Source of the DNA: Deltaproteobacteria bacterium
GTDB taxonomy: Bacteria; Myxococcota_A; Polyangia; HGW-17; JAJRWW01
NCBI GenBank assembly: GCA_029938605.1
Contig: JAOZUO010000013.1
Span: 6,462-70,461 of the forward strand
Reading direction: 5' to 3'
Length of the DNA: 64,000 bases
Shown here in pieces: positions 47,971-59,800 of the stretch. The stretch's first letter is position 1. Each line of letters opens with the position of its first letter. Below the pieces are notes generated by a model, which was not told where the DNA came from, did not search any database, and saw only the letters and a program-made list of their open reading frames with translations. The translations under genes were made by a program, and so were the position numbers.

Positions 47971-49515
47971 TTAGGAAACTTCGCTTCGATACACCGGCAA
48001 TGTCACCAGGAAGGTGGTTCCCTCGGGGCCGGTCTGCTCCACCTCCACCTGGCCGTTGTGCTCCTTGACGATACCGTAGACCACGCTCAACCCCAACCCC
48101 ACCCCCTTGCCCTCGGACTTGGTGGTAAAAAACGGCTCGAAGATGTGCGGTAGGCTCTCGGGCCCAATCCCCGGACCGGTATCGGTGATGCGGGTGAGAA
48201 GCAGGTCCGATTCTTCATCGTATTGGGTCGACAGCAGGAGCCGTCCATCGGTCTCGGGGCCCATCTCATCTACGGCGTTGAGCAGGATGTTCATGAAGAC
48301 CTGCTCGAGCCGGCTGACATCTCCAAGCACGGGTGGCAGATCCCCCTGAAAATCCCGGACGAGCTGGATCTTGTTGAGTGCCAGGTGGTGCGCGTTGAGC
48401 TCTGTGATCAGGTCCAGGATCTCGTTGAGCTGCGCCTCGGCGGGCTCGAGCTTGGACTGCCGGGCAAAGGCCAGCAGGTTGGAGACGATCTTGGAGCAAC
48501 GCGCCGTCTCGTTCTCCATGAGACCGAGCTGGCCGAGGATCGTCTTACACATGTCCTGGGAGGGCTCGAGCTCGGTGAGCATGCGTCGCTGCAGCCGGAT
48601 GAAGTTCAGCACCCCGGTGAGCGGATTGTTCAGCTCGTGCACCACCGACGCCGAGAGCTTGCCCAAAGAGCTCATCTTGTCCTGCTGCAGGAGCTTGCAG
48701 TGGGCCTCCTCGATCTGCCGGGTCCGCTCTTCAACGGCGCGTTCCAGCTCCTGGGTCATTCGCTCCTGGGAGCGATGTCTCTCGGTGATGTCCCGACAGA
48801 TCTCGATGAACCGCGTCACCTTGCCCTCCATGTTCCGTAGCGGATAGAGGGTCAGATCCACGATGCGCTCCTCGCCATCGAGGTTGTAGTGGGTGTGCAT
48901 CTCGTGGTGGGGCTCTCCGGTCTTCAAGATCTCGTCAATGGGGCACGGATGATCCGGAGGCTGACAGGGCTGCTCGGAGTGATGGAACACCTCGTAGCAC
49001 TTGCGCCCCACCACCTCCTGGGCAAGGAGCCCGGACTGATCGAGGTACGGGGTGTTGACCTGCACGACGTTGTGCTCCCGGTCGATGACCACGATCCCCT
49101 CGAGGATTCCATTGATGATGGTCTCGAGCTGATCCCGCTGGGCCTTGTAGCGATTCTCCTCGACCTGGTAGGTGTCACGGATGAGCGCCGCGGTGTTGTA
49201 GGCCATCACGCGGGTGCTGGCGGGCCGCCTGGCGAGCACCTCCTCCAGGACCGCCTCGTCAGGTGTGAAGATGAAGATCTGGTTCACCTCCACTTTGTCG
49301 GCATCGAAGTAGTCGTGAAAGTCGGCAGTGGTGTACAGCCCCTTGTCCCGGGCATAGACCATGCCCACGGCGTCTGCGTCGGGGTCGGCCACAGCCACGT
49401 ACTCGCCGTGCACAAGCCGCGACTTGTAGTGCCGAAAGGCCCGGGTCAGCATGTCGCGACACATCTCACCGCCACCGATGATACCGATGCGCAGCCAGAG
49501 CCTGCCCGGCTCCAT
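47971..49515 (-). CDS. Cytoplasmic sensor histidine kinase: Rossmann-like N-domain, PAS, HisKA, HATPase
   Basis: IGIIGGG..VAVADPD; PAS with GRKCYEVFH..PC..CP; VVHELNNPL; NILLNA; DTGPGI; FEPFFTTK..GVGLGLS. No TM segment. Confidence 0.92.
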   Translation of the reverse strand: MEPGRLWLRIGIIGGGEMCRDMLTRAFRHYKSRLVHGEYVAVADPDADAVGMVYARDKGLYTTADFHDYFDADKVEVNQIFIFTPDEAVLEEVLARRPASTRVMAYNTAALIRDTYQVEENRYKAQRDQLETIINGILEGIVVIDREHNVVQVNTPYLDQSGLLAQEVVGRKCYEVFHHSEQPCQPPDHPCPIDEILKTGEPHHEMHTHYNLDGEERIVDLTLYPLRNMEGKVTRFIEICRDITERHRSQERMTQELERAVEERTRQIEEAHCKLLQQDKMSSLGKLSASVVHELNNPLTGVLNFIRLQRRMLTELEPSQDMCKTILGQLGLMENETARCSKIVSNLLAFARQSKLEPAEAQLNEILDLITELNAHHLALNKIQLVRDFQGDLPPVLGDVSRLEQVFMNILLNAVDEMGPETDGRLLLSTQYDEESDLLLTRITDTGPGIGPESLPHIFEPFFTTKSEGKGVGLGLSVVYGIVKEHNGQVEVEQTGPEGTTFLVTLPVYRSEVS

Positions 49516-49605
49516 CGCCTTCTCCTTCACCTTGGACTCTTGCTTGGATCCCAAGTCAGCCCTCCCCACCTGCCCGCCAACTGCGGCCGCGTTCGGGACT
49601 CGCCC

Positions 49606-50547
49606 CTACACCTCGGGTCGCGGCAACACCTTGGCCAGCTCTGCGATCTCGGGCACCTTGTGCTCCCACTCGATGGCCATGAGGTGCACTCCGGCGACGC
49701 CCTCCATCTCCTTGAACTCCTCGATCTGCTCGCAAGCCATCTTGATGCCTTCGGCGGCCTTCTTGCCCTTGGGGGCGGCCTTGAGCCGATCAATGACCGA
49801 ATTGGGCACGTCCATACCCGGCACCTTCGACTTCATATAGCGCGCCATACCGACGCTCTTCATGGGGGTGACCCCGGCGAGGAGGTAGCACTTCTCGGTG
49901 AGGCCCATGTCCACAGCCTGTTTCACGAACTCCCGGAAGCGCTCCATGTTGTAGATGCACTGGGTCTGAACGAAGTCCACGCCGGCCGCCACTTTTTTGG
50001 CCAGCCGGTGCGGCCGCCACTTGTGGGGCTCGGCGAAGGGGTTACACGCCGCTCCGATGAACATCTTCGGCGGCTCCTCGATGTCGTCCCCTCCCAGAAA
50101 TTTGCCCTCATCCCGCATGGTCTTGACCATGTTAATGAGCTGCATGGAGTCGATGTCGAAGACCCCCTTGGCCTGGGGATGATCCCCGAACTTCTGGTGA
50201 TCCCCCGACAGACACAGCAGGTTCCGGATGCCCAGGGCCGAGGCGCCCAGGATGTCGGCCTGCATGGCCAACCGGTTGCGGTCCCGACACACCATCTGGT
50301 AGTTGGGCTCGAGGCCCTCTTGGATGGCGATGAGCCCCGCGGCCCAACTCGACATACGCACCATGGCCGTCTGGTTGTCGGTGATGTTCACCGAGTCCAC
50401 CATGCCGATGAGATGCTTGGCCTTGTCCCGCACCTCTTGGGCGCTGCTGCCCCGGGGCGGGCCGAGCTCACCGGTAAACGCAAAATGCCCTGCCCTAAGC
50501 ACCTTCTCCAGGTTGCTTCCCGACTTGAAGTTATTGTCAGAACCCAT
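49606..50547 (-). CDS. metF: Methylenetetrahydrofolate reductase
   Basis: FTGELGPP, NITDNQTA, CRDRNRLAMQADILGA, LCLSGDH, AGVDFVQTQ, GVHLM. Confidence 0.93.
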   Translation of the reverse strand: MGSDNNFKSGSNLEKVLRAGHFAFTGELGPPRGSSAQEVRDKAKHLIGMVDSVNITDNQTAMVRMSSWAAGLIAIQEGLEPNYQMVCRDRNRLAMQADILGASALGIRNLLCLSGDHQKFGDHPQAKGVFDIDSMQLINMVKTMRDEGKFLGGDDIEEPPKMFIGAACNPFAEPHKWRPHRLAKKVAAGVDFVQTQCIYNMERFREFVKQAVDMGLTEKCYLLAGVTPMKSVGMARYMKSKVPGMDVPNSVIDRLKAAPKGKKAAEGIKMACEQIEEFKEMEGVAGVHLMAIEWEHKVPEIAELAKVLPRPEV

Positions 50548-50559
50548 GTCTGAACTCCT

Positions 50560-51234
50560 TTATTGCTCGGACTCGGGCTTCTTGTAGCCGGGTTGGATAG
50601 TGGTTCTCGGTACCTGGTTCTCGTGCTCCCGGGCCGGCGTGAAGGCGATGATGCCGTCGAGACGCCCTTGCTTCTCGAGCCGCTCGTAGATCATGTGCCA
50701 GGCGCAGTCCTGGTCGTCCGAGATCTCGCACTTGCCGTGGTTCGTTCCACCGCAGGGACCGTTGTACAGGGACTTGGCGCACATGGTCACCGGGCAGACG
50801 CCGCCGGTGACACCGAGCACACAGCTCGAACAGGAGCGGCACCGCTCCTCGTACCAGCCCACGCCCTGGTTCACACCGATGAAGGTGGTGTCCACCATCG
50901 GAAGCACGGGCGTCTCGGGAAAGCGCTCAGCGAGGAACTGCACCCCCGCCCCACAGGCCATGGTGAGCAACGCGTCGTACCCCTCCACCTTGTCGTCGAG
51001 CACCTCGAGGTACTCCCGATCACACTGCCGCTCCACGGTGATGCTGTCGATGTCGATGGGCTCTTTGCTCAGGCGACGAGCCATGTCGATCTCGGCGGAC
51101 AGGACGTCCACCTCTTTCTCGCCACCGACCAGGCACACCGCCACACAGGTGCCACAGCCGACATTGAGCACCTTCTTATAAGGGCCGATGAGGTCCTTGA
51201 TCTCCTCGAAAGGCTTTCGCTTGCCAACGATCAT
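50560..51234 (-). CDS. metV: MetV-type small MTHFR subunit (Zn/Fe-S)
   Basis: GCGTCVAVC, RQCD, ACGAGVQ, C..C..C.LG.TGG.CP.T.CAKSLYNGPCGG, DCAW. Confidence 0.9.
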   Translation of the reverse strand: MIVGKRKPFEEIKDLIGPYKKVLNVGCGTCVAVCLVGGEKEVDVLSAEIDMARRLSKEPIDIDSITVERQCDREYLEVLDDKVEGYDALLTMACGAGVQFLAERFPETPVLPMVDTTFIGVNQGVGWYEERCRSCSSCVLGVTGGVCPVTMCAKSLYNGPCGGTNHGKCEISDDQDCAWHMIYERLEKQGRLDGIIAFTPAREHENQVPRTTIQPGYKKPESEQ

Positions 51235-51261
51235 TTTTTTACCTCTCGCACGGGGGCGCTC

Positions 51262-52593
51262 TTAGACTTCAAACACTTCTATCTCGTCGTGGAACACATT
51301 GACCTTCTTGAGGTCGGGCCCCAGGTACGCCCGCTCCTTGGGAGACAGGATACCCAGGGCGAGGCACAAAATAGTCCAGAAGTGCACCACATGGTAGCCA
51401 CCTCCAAAGTGCTCACTCAGATCGTGGATTTGGGCGTGGCAGTTGTGGCAGCCGGCGATGACGTAGGTGGCGCCGGTCTCCTTGATCTGATCGTCCTTGA
51501 TCTTGCCGTAGCCCCGCCGCTCCTCGGGGAATCCCGACTGCAGGAACCCACCACCCCCGCCGCAGCAGTAGTTGTTGGACTTATTGGGCTGCATGTCGAT
51601 GAAGTTCTCCTCACCGATGCAGGCCTTGAGAGCGTAGCGCAGATCGTCGGCGATGGCGTCACCGAAGCTCTTGCGCACGATCTGGCAGGGATCCTGAAGC
51701 GTAAACTTGATCTTCAGATCCTTGTTCCAGTCAGAGTTGGGCTTGAGCTTTCCTTCGCGAATCCACTTCGCGTAGTACTCATAGATGTTCTTAACTTCAA
51801 AGTTGTGCGGAATGTTGAACTTGTTCAGTCCGGCCCGGACTGCAAATGTTACGTGGCCTCACTCCGTGTTTAAGAATATCTTGCAGCCTAACTTGTCAGT
51901 CACCTCCGCGGCCTTGCGGGTGATGTGCTCCCACCCCTCATCGTCGGCCATGAACAGACAATAGTTTTCCGCGGCCCAGGCGGTCTTCGGATAGGTCCAG
52001 GACGCGCCCACCTGGTGCAGGATCTTCCACAGAGGCACCATCTCGTCGGGCTCGGTCATGGGCTCCCGAGAGTTCTGGTTCACCAGGAAGTGGGCCCCCT
52101 CCTTATCTAAGGGAGCCTCCAGGTCCTTGAACTCGGGCTGGTCGGTCTGCGTCTCCTCGAGCACGTCATTGACGATCCACTCAAAGTCCTCGGGGCTCGT
52201 ACCCATGGCGCTCAAGGATTCATTCGCCAGCGCCGCGTCGCAGGAGTGCAAGATGCCCTTGGGGCGCTCGGACCGTGGGACCTTCTGCCGCAGCTTGTAG
52301 ATCATCTGCGGGATGTCGATCTGCATGGGACACACCCGGCTACAGCGCTGACACATGCTGCAGAACCACGGCCACCTGGAGGCGAGGATCTCCTCGTCCA
52401 TGCCCAGGCTGAGCATCCGTAGGAACTTGCGCGGATCCATGTCGTCAAACGATGACGAGGGACACCCCGATGAGCAGAGCCCACAGGTGAGGCACAGGTT
52501 CAGGTTGCCCTGGGGCAACATTTCGCGCAGCTCGTCCAAAAGGTTCGGTTTGCGCTTTCCACCTAGCTTGATCGCCGTCTCAGCCATTTTCAT
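51262..52593 (-). CDS. HdrD-like Fe-S oxidoreductase (two 4Fe-4S motifs plus CCG domains), selenoprotein, 443 aa
   Basis: CLTCGLCSSGCP and CSMCQRCSRVCP; TGA 51859-51861 reads NTE-U-GH (the ECGH position) and the frame continues to QDPC, YCCGGGGG and GCHNC. Confidence 0.9.
51826..51842 (-). promoter_or_regulatory. Bacterial SECIS hairpin for the HdrD-like gene
   Basis: CAGUCCG-GGC-CGGACUG, 7 bp Watson-Crick stem, 16 nt after UGA. Confidence 0.8.
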
Positions 52594-52607
52594 CCCCTTT
52601 GCGGGAG

Positions 52608-53036
52608 TTATTCATCTTTGTTCTGGGCGGTGCCGAGCGGGCTCGGGCCCACCTCTTTGATGTACGCCGTCATCTCCTTGGCGTAGGCCGCGAATGTCGG
52701 CCCCTCACCCGAGGAGAGGTTGTACATGCGCACCCGCTCTTTTTCCATGCCCATCTCGTCGAGCATGGACTGCACGTGCTCCACCCGCTCGCGGCACCGG
52801 AGATTCCCGGCGTTGTAGTGACAGGTACCCTCCAGGCAGCCGACGCAATAGACCCCGTCGGCGCCTTTCTGAAAGGCCCGCAGCATCAACATCACGTCCA
52901 CCTTGCCCGTGCAGGGCACGCGCACGATCCGCACGTTCGCCGGATACTCCAACCTCATCGAACCTGCCAGGTCCGCGGCTGAGTAACCTCAGAACTCGCA
53001 GCAAAATGCAATGATCGTCGGTTCGAACTCGCTCAT
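52608..53036 (-). CDS. mvhD: MvhD/FlpD [2Fe-2S] subunit, selenoprotein, 142 aa
   Basis: MSEFEPTIIAFCCEF-U-GYSAADLAG..RVPCTGKVD..GCLEGTCHY; TGA 52989-52991; ATG overlaps the hdrA stop. Confidence 0.9.
52960..52974 (-). promoter_or_regulatory. Bacterial SECIS hairpin for short mvhD
   Basis: GGACCU-GGC-AGGUUC, 6 bp stem, 14 nt after UGA. Confidence 0.75.
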
Positions 53037-56000
53037 CCCGTTTTCTCCGCCAAAAGTCCATCTACCTTACTGATCAGTTGGTCGTCTTCATAGAAGCCGA
53101 GCTGGATCGTCTGGCGGGGGCACACACAGGCGCACACCCCGCAGCCGTGGCACATGGCCTCGTCGATCTTGATCAGCTTTTCGTTGTTGTCGAACACCGG
53201 CACGTCGAAGGGGCAATTTCGCACGCAGGTCAAACACTTCACGCAGTGGTCGGTGTCCACCTTGGCCGTAATGGCCGAGAGCTTGATCTCGGGCTTGGCC
53301 AGGAACGTAGTGGCCCGGGAGGCCGCCGCCTGGGCCTGGGCAAGCGTCTCGGTGATCAGCTTGGGCCCGTGGGCCGTGCCACACAAAAAGATGCCCGCGC
53401 CCGGCATGTCCACCGGACGCAGCTTCACGTGGGCCTCCATGAAGTAGTTCTCTAGATTCGTGTTGAGCTTCATGGTCCGACACAGCGTCTCGGTGTCGGC
53501 TGCACGCAGCCCGGCGCTCAGGGTCACCAGATCCGCCTCAATGGCCACCTGCTGCCCCAGGATGTGGTCCTTGACCCGAACCACCAGCCCATCACCGCTC
53601 TTCTCCACGATCGGCGGCTCCTCCTCCTTGAACCGGATGAAGATAACGTCCTTTTCCCGAGCCTCCCGATAGTAGTCCTCCATCTGACCGTAGGTGCGGA
53701 TGTCCCGGTACAGCACGAACACCTGGGTGTCCGGGCTCTGCTCCTTGATGGCCAACGCGTTCTTCACCGCGTTCTGGCAGCAGATGCGCGAGCACTCCTG
53801 CATCTCGTCGTTGCGGGAGCCCACGCACTGGATCATCACCACCGTGTCAACATCCGCCACGCCCTTTTCGGCGATCCGATCGGAGAGATCGAGCTGGGTG
53901 ATCACCCGCTCGTCGTCACCAAAAAGATACTCGGTGGGCTCGTACTCCACCGCTCCGGTGGCCACCACGATGGCGCCGTGGTCGATGGACCGCTTGTCCC
54001 CGCCCACTGCCACCTCCGTGGTGAAGTTGCCCTGGTACCCGCCAAAGCCCACCACCTCGGCGCCTAGGAGCACCTCGATCTTCTCGGCCCCCGACACGTC
54101 CGCCACGAGCTTGGCCACAAAGGCCTGCACGTCGGCGCCCTCGATGGTGTGGTGCAGTCGGCGCGCCAGACCACCGAGGCTGTCTGTCTTTTCGAGCAGC
54201 ACCACCGGGAAGCCCTGTCGCTCCAGGTTCAGCGCCGCGGTCATGCCCGCCACGCCCCCACCCACCACCAGGGCCTTCTGGTTCACCGGGATGCGCTTCT
54301 CCTCCATGGCCTTGAGCGTCCGAGCCCGCGCCACCGCCGCCCGGACGAGGTCCTTCGCCTTTTCGGTGGCGGTGTCCGGGGTCTTGGAGTGGATCCAGGA
54401 GTTCTGGTTCCGGATGTTGGCCATCTCGAACAGATAGCGGTTCAGGCCGCAGGCCTCCAGGGTCTCCATGAACATGCCCTCATGGGTCTTGGGGCTACAA
54501 GAAGCCACAACGACCCGATTGAGCCCCTGTTCGATGATCATCTCCTTGATCTTCTCCTGCGTATCCTGGCTGCAGGTGAAGAGGTTGGAGTCAGTGAACA
54601 CCACGTTGTCGAGGGTCCCGGCGTACTCCTGCACGGCGGGCACGTCCACCACGCCGCCAATATTGATGCCGCAGTTGCAGACAAACACCCCGATGCGGGG
54701 CTCCTGGTGGGCGACCTCCTTTTGTTCGGGCAGGACGATGGTCTCCACGTCCGTTCCCCGAGCCGCCGACAGGTCGGCCCCCGCCAGGCAGGCCGCCGCG
54801 CTGGCCTCGGTGACGCTCTCCGGAATGTCCTTGGGCCCCTGGAACACGCCACACACGTAGATGCCGGGCTGGTTGGTCTCCACCGGCGCCAGGGGATCGA
54901 TCTTGGCGTACTTGTACTTGTTGAGTTCCACCCCCAGGCGATCCGCCAACCGCGTGGCGTCCTCGGGAATGGTGAGGCCCACCGACAGGACCACCATGGA
55001 GAACTCGTCCACACAGACCTTGCCCTCCTCGTCCACATAGCGGACAGACAGGTCCCCGGTCTCGTGGTTCTCGTCGATGGTATGCACCCGGGCCTTGACG
55101 TACCGCACCCCCTCTTTGTCCCGGGCGCGCATGAAATACTTCTCGTAGTCCTTGCCGTAGGTGCGCATGTCCATGTTGAACACCACCGCGTCCAGATCGC
55201 CGTGGATATGCTCCTTGGCGATCATGGCCTCCTTGGTGGCGTACATGCAGCAAACCGACGAGCAGTAGCCGTTCCCGCACTGGTTCGTGTCGCGGGAGCC
55301 GATGCACTGCAGCCAGGCGATGGACTTGGGCTCGGCGCGATCCAGGGGGCGCATGATGTGGCCGTAATACGGCCCGCCCGCCGACAGGATCCGCTCGAAG
55401 CCGTCAGAGGTGACGACGTTGGCGAACTTCCCGTAGCCCAGGTGATCGAGGCCCGCCGGGTCGAAGGGCTTGGTGCCCGGAGCCAGGATGATGGAGCCCA
55501 CCTGCACGTCCGTCTGGCGCACCTTGTCGTCGTAGGCCACCGCGCCGGCGAGACACATGTTCTCGCACAGGCCGCAGCCCACGCAAGCGTCCATGTCGAT
55601 GGCGTAGGCGAGGGGCACCGCCTGGGCGTACTCGATGTACGTGGCGGCGCGGTCGTTCATGCCCTTGTTGATCGTGTTGATCGCCGCGATGGGGCAGTGG
55701 CGCGCGCAGTCGCCACAACCGGTGCACTTGTCCGCATCGATGTAGCGTGGGTTGTTCTGCAGCGATACCTGGAAGTTGCCCGGATCTCCGGACAGACCAG
55801 CGACCTCGCTGTTGGTAATCAGCTCAATGTTCTCGTGCCGGCCGACCTCGACCAGTTTAGGTGAGATTACTCACATCGTACAGTCGTTGGTCGGGAACGT
55901 CTTGTCCAGGCGGGCCATGAGCCCACCGATGGTCGGTCCTTTCTCCACCAAGTACACTTTGTAATCAGAATTTGCGAGATCGAGGGCGGCCTGCATGCCG

Positions 56001-56056
56001 GCGATACCAGCTCCCACCACCATTACCGATCCGCTCAAATTGTCCTGATTAGCCAT
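53033..56056 (-). CDS. hdrA: Heterodisulfide reductase subunit A-like flavoprotein, selenoprotein, 1007 aa
   Basis: [27 protein letters not shown] (TGA 55871-55873); the frame stays open through 70 more codons into ORF 53033..55660; WLQCIGSRD..CSSVCC; VVGGGVAG; C-terminal ferredoxin motifs. Confidence 0.93.
55838..55855 (-). promoter_or_regulatory. Bacterial SECIS hairpin for hdrA
   Basis: CUGGUCG-AGGU-CGGCCGG, 7 bp including two GU pairs, 15 nt after UGA. Confidence 0.75.
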
Positions 56057-56065
56057 GGTCTCTCC

Positions 56066-56815
56066 TCAAAGCGCTGCGAACACCGGGATGGACTCCTCCA
56101 TGCCTGTAAACTCGACCAGCTTCTTCTGCTCGAGATCGGCCAGGAGGTAGGACACCCGTAAGACTTCAATTTCGGTTTGCTCAGCCACCTGCCGCACCGA
56201 GGTGGTGCCGGACTTGATGGCCAGATAAATGAGGCTCTTCTGATACTCCCGCAAAAGCGCGTCGTCGAGCACCTGCTGGAGCTTCTCTTCCTTCCAGGGG
56301 CGCCCGTAGACGTCGCCCGCCGAGGTGATCTTGTGCTGCTTGCCCACCAACCACCGCATCACCTCGCCCTTGACCACCATCTCGGCGGCCCGAAGTTGCA
56401 AGTCGTACTTCGACACATCCAGGGGGCCGCGCTTCCGCACGGCCTCGGTGGCCTCGGTGACGATCTCGGTGAAGCGCTTGGCCTCGGCCGACGAAACCCA
56501 GTCCACATGGAGCCGGTCTCCGCCGATGCCCGTGAGCTCCAGCAACTGCTGGGTCATCGCCATCTTCTTTTCGGCCTGAACATTACCTTCCAGGTAATGG
56601 CAATCGCCGATCAGTCACCCGGCGACAAGGGCGCCGTCCACCCCGTCTCGGAAGGCCTGAACAATGAACGCGGGGTCCACCCGGCCCGAGCACATGACCC
56701 GCACAGACCGCACGTTGGCCGGGTACTGCATACGCGATACCCCGGCCAGGTCGGCGCCGGCGTATGCACACCAGTTACAAAGGAAGGCGACGATTTTGGG
56801 TTCGAATTCGTCCAT
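56066..56815 (-). CDS. mvhD: MvhD/FlpD with C-terminal helical/wHTH-like extension, selenoprotein, 249 aa
   Basis: [40 protein letters not shown] (TGA 56615-56617), joining ORF 56066..56563 in frame. Confidence 0.9.
56581..56599 (-). promoter_or_regulatory. Bacterial SECIS hairpin for long mvhD
   Basis: CAUUACCU-GGA-AGGUAAUG, 8 bp Watson-Crick stem, 15 nt after UGA. Confidence 0.8.
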
Positions 56816-56827
56816 CGGTAAAACCCT

Positions 56828-59800
56828 CTACACCACGGCCCGCACCGCCGCCTCGATCTGATGGAAGCGGAAGTGCAGCATGTCGATGGCCTCCTGGGGG
56901 CAAGAGGCGGCACAGAGACCGCACCCCTTGCAGGAAGCCTGAATATTCTTGGCTCGCTTGATCCCGTCGACCTCTTCGAGGTGGATGGCGCCAAAGGCAC
57001 AGACCTCCTCGCACAGACCGCACCCGATACACTTGTCGGGATCCACCTCAGATACGTAGGGCGAGATCTGGATCTGGTCCTTGGACAGGACCGTCACCGC
57101 CCGGCTCGCCGCCGCCATGGCCTGGGCGATGGACTCATCCATGGCCTTGGGGTAGTGCGCGAGGCCGGCCATGAAGAGGCCGTCCGAGGCGAAGTCCACC
57201 GGACGCAGCTTGGCGTGCGCCTCCATGAAGAACCGGTCCTCGGTGAGCGGGAGCTTATAGAAGGACGCGATATCCTCCGCCCGATTCGGCTCAATGGCCG
57301 TGGCCAGGTTGAGCAGATCCGTCTCGATCTCCACGGGCGCCCCGAGGATGGGATCGAAGACCTTGACGATCAAGCCATCGCCCGCGGCCACCACCTCCGG
57401 CTTACGATCGAGCGCGTACCGGATGAAAATCACCCCCAGCTCGCGCGCCTGTTTATAGAGGGCCTCGCGCTCGCCGAAAGTCCGGATGTCCCGGTACAGC
57501 ACGAACACGTTGGTGTCCGGCTTGTTCTGCTTGATATCGATGGCCATGGCCACAGTGGTGGAGCAACAGATCCGCGAGCAGTAGGGACGCGGATCGTTGC
57601 GGGACCCCACGCACTGAATGAAGGTCACCGTGTCGGCCTTTGCCAGCTTCTGTGGATCCTGCTCCAGATCGTGCCACCGGGTCACGGCCGGGTGCTGCCC
57701 GTAGAGGTACTCCTCGGTGTCGGTGGGCGCCCCTCCCGTGGCCACCACCACAGCACCGTGGCTGATGGTCTGGGGTCCTTTGCCGTTTTTCACCTCGGTC
57801 TCGAAGTTGCCCACGTAGCCCGAGGCGCCCAGCACCTCGGCGTCGGTCATCACGGTCAGGTTCTTGTGGCCCCCGACCCGCTCGATGAGACTGGTGAGAA
57901 ACGACTGAACATCCCGACCGTCGTGGGTGCGCTTCACATCGAGCGCCCGCCCACCGAGCTGGGAGGACTTCTCCACCAGCGTGGTGGGGAACCCCTGGTC
58001 GGCCAGGCCCAGGGCGGCGAACATGCCCGCCACGCCGCCGCCGATGACCAACGCCGCCTTGTCCACATTGACGGAGATGGGCTGGATGGACTCCAGCTCC
58101 CGGGCCCGAGCCACGCCCATCCTCACCAGGTCCTTGGACTTAGACGTGGCGAGATCCTTGTTCTCGGAGTGAACCCAGGTGCACTGGTTGCGGATGTTGG
58201 CCATCTCGAACAGGTGCGGGTTCAGGCCGGCGTTCTGCAGGGTAAACTGGAACAGCGGCTCGTGGGTCCGCGGCGTACAGGCCGCCACGACCACGCGGTT
58301 GAGCTTCTGCTCCTTGATGGTCTGGGTGATCTTCTCCTGGGTGTCCTGGCTGCAGGAGAACATGTTCTCCTCGGCGTACACCACACCGTCGAGCTCCTTG
58401 GCGTAGTCCACGATGGCCGGCACATCCGCGATGCCGCCGATGTTCAGGCCGCAGTTGCACACGAACACGCCTACCCGGGGCTCGTCGTCGGCCACGTCGA
58501 TCTCGGCGGGCAGCTCCAGGGTCCTGGTGAGCGTAGAGCGAGCCGGTGCCAACCCCGCGCCGGCGATGCAAGCCGCCGCGCTGGACTCAGCCACGGAGTC
58601 CGGGATATCCTTGGGACCGTTGAAGGCGCCACAGGCGAAGACGCCCGGTCGCGACGTGGACAGCGGAGTCAGGGAGTCGTGCTTCACGAAGCGGTTCTCG
58701 TTGAGCTCCACCCCGAGCCTCTCAGCCAGGGCCACGGCCTCGTCGGAGACCCGGAGCCCCACCGAGAGCACGACCATGTCGAACTGTTCGTCGACCACCT
58801 TGCCGTCCTCGGTGAAGTAGCGCAACCGGAGGTCCCCCGTGTCGCGCACCTCATCGATGGTATGCACCCGCGCCTTGACGAAGCGGACGCCGCTTTGGTC
58901 CTCCCCCCGGGTCAGGTACTTCTCGTACTCCTTGCCGAAGGTGCGCATGTCCATGTTGAAGATGGCGCAGTCGAGCTCGCCGTCAGCGTGCTCCTTGGCC
59001 ATCATGGCGTCCTTGACGGCGTACATGCAGCACACCGAGGAGCAGTAGCCGTTGCCGCAGCGGTTGGTGTCCCGCGAGCCCACGCACTGGAGCCAGGCGA
59101 TCTTCTTGGGCACCTGGTGGTCCGATGGGCGCGACAGGTGGCCCTCCGTGGGACCCGAGGCGCTGAGGATCCGCTCGAACTCCAGGCTGGTCATCACGTT
59201 GGGGTTGGACCGGTGGTGGTAGGTGTCCTCCATGCCCGATGGGTCGAAGGGCTCGATGCCCGCCGACAGGACCACCGCGCCCACCCGGATCTCCCGCTCC
59301 ACCTCCACCATGGAGTGGTCGATGGCGCCGGGAGCGCAAACGGTGACGCACTCCATGCAGTCGCTGCAGTACGAGCAGTTCAGGCAGCGGTCGGCCTCGG
59401 CCTGGCCCGCCTCGGGCTCGAACCCGAGCTCCACCTCGTCGAAGGTCGCGCGCCGGGACGCCGGCTCGAGCTCGGGCATAGAGGCCCGGGCAGCCTTGGG
59501 CATGTCGGTGGGCACCGGACGATAGATCGGATCGTCCTTGGTGATGGGAACGCGCCCATCGGCCATGTCCTTGCCGTCGATGAACCGGGAAATGGAGACG
59601 GCCGCCTCGCGCCCCGCGGCCACGGCGCCAATGGCGTTCCAGGGGCCCGTGTGGGCGTCACCGCCGGCGAAGACACCCTCCCGCGGTGTGGCGTAGGTGA
59701 CACCGTCGGCCTCGAGAGTCCCCCGGCGAGTGTACTCTACCTCTTTGTCGCCCTCGAAGGCGCTGAAGTCGGGCTGCTGTCCGATGGCCGCCACCACCTG

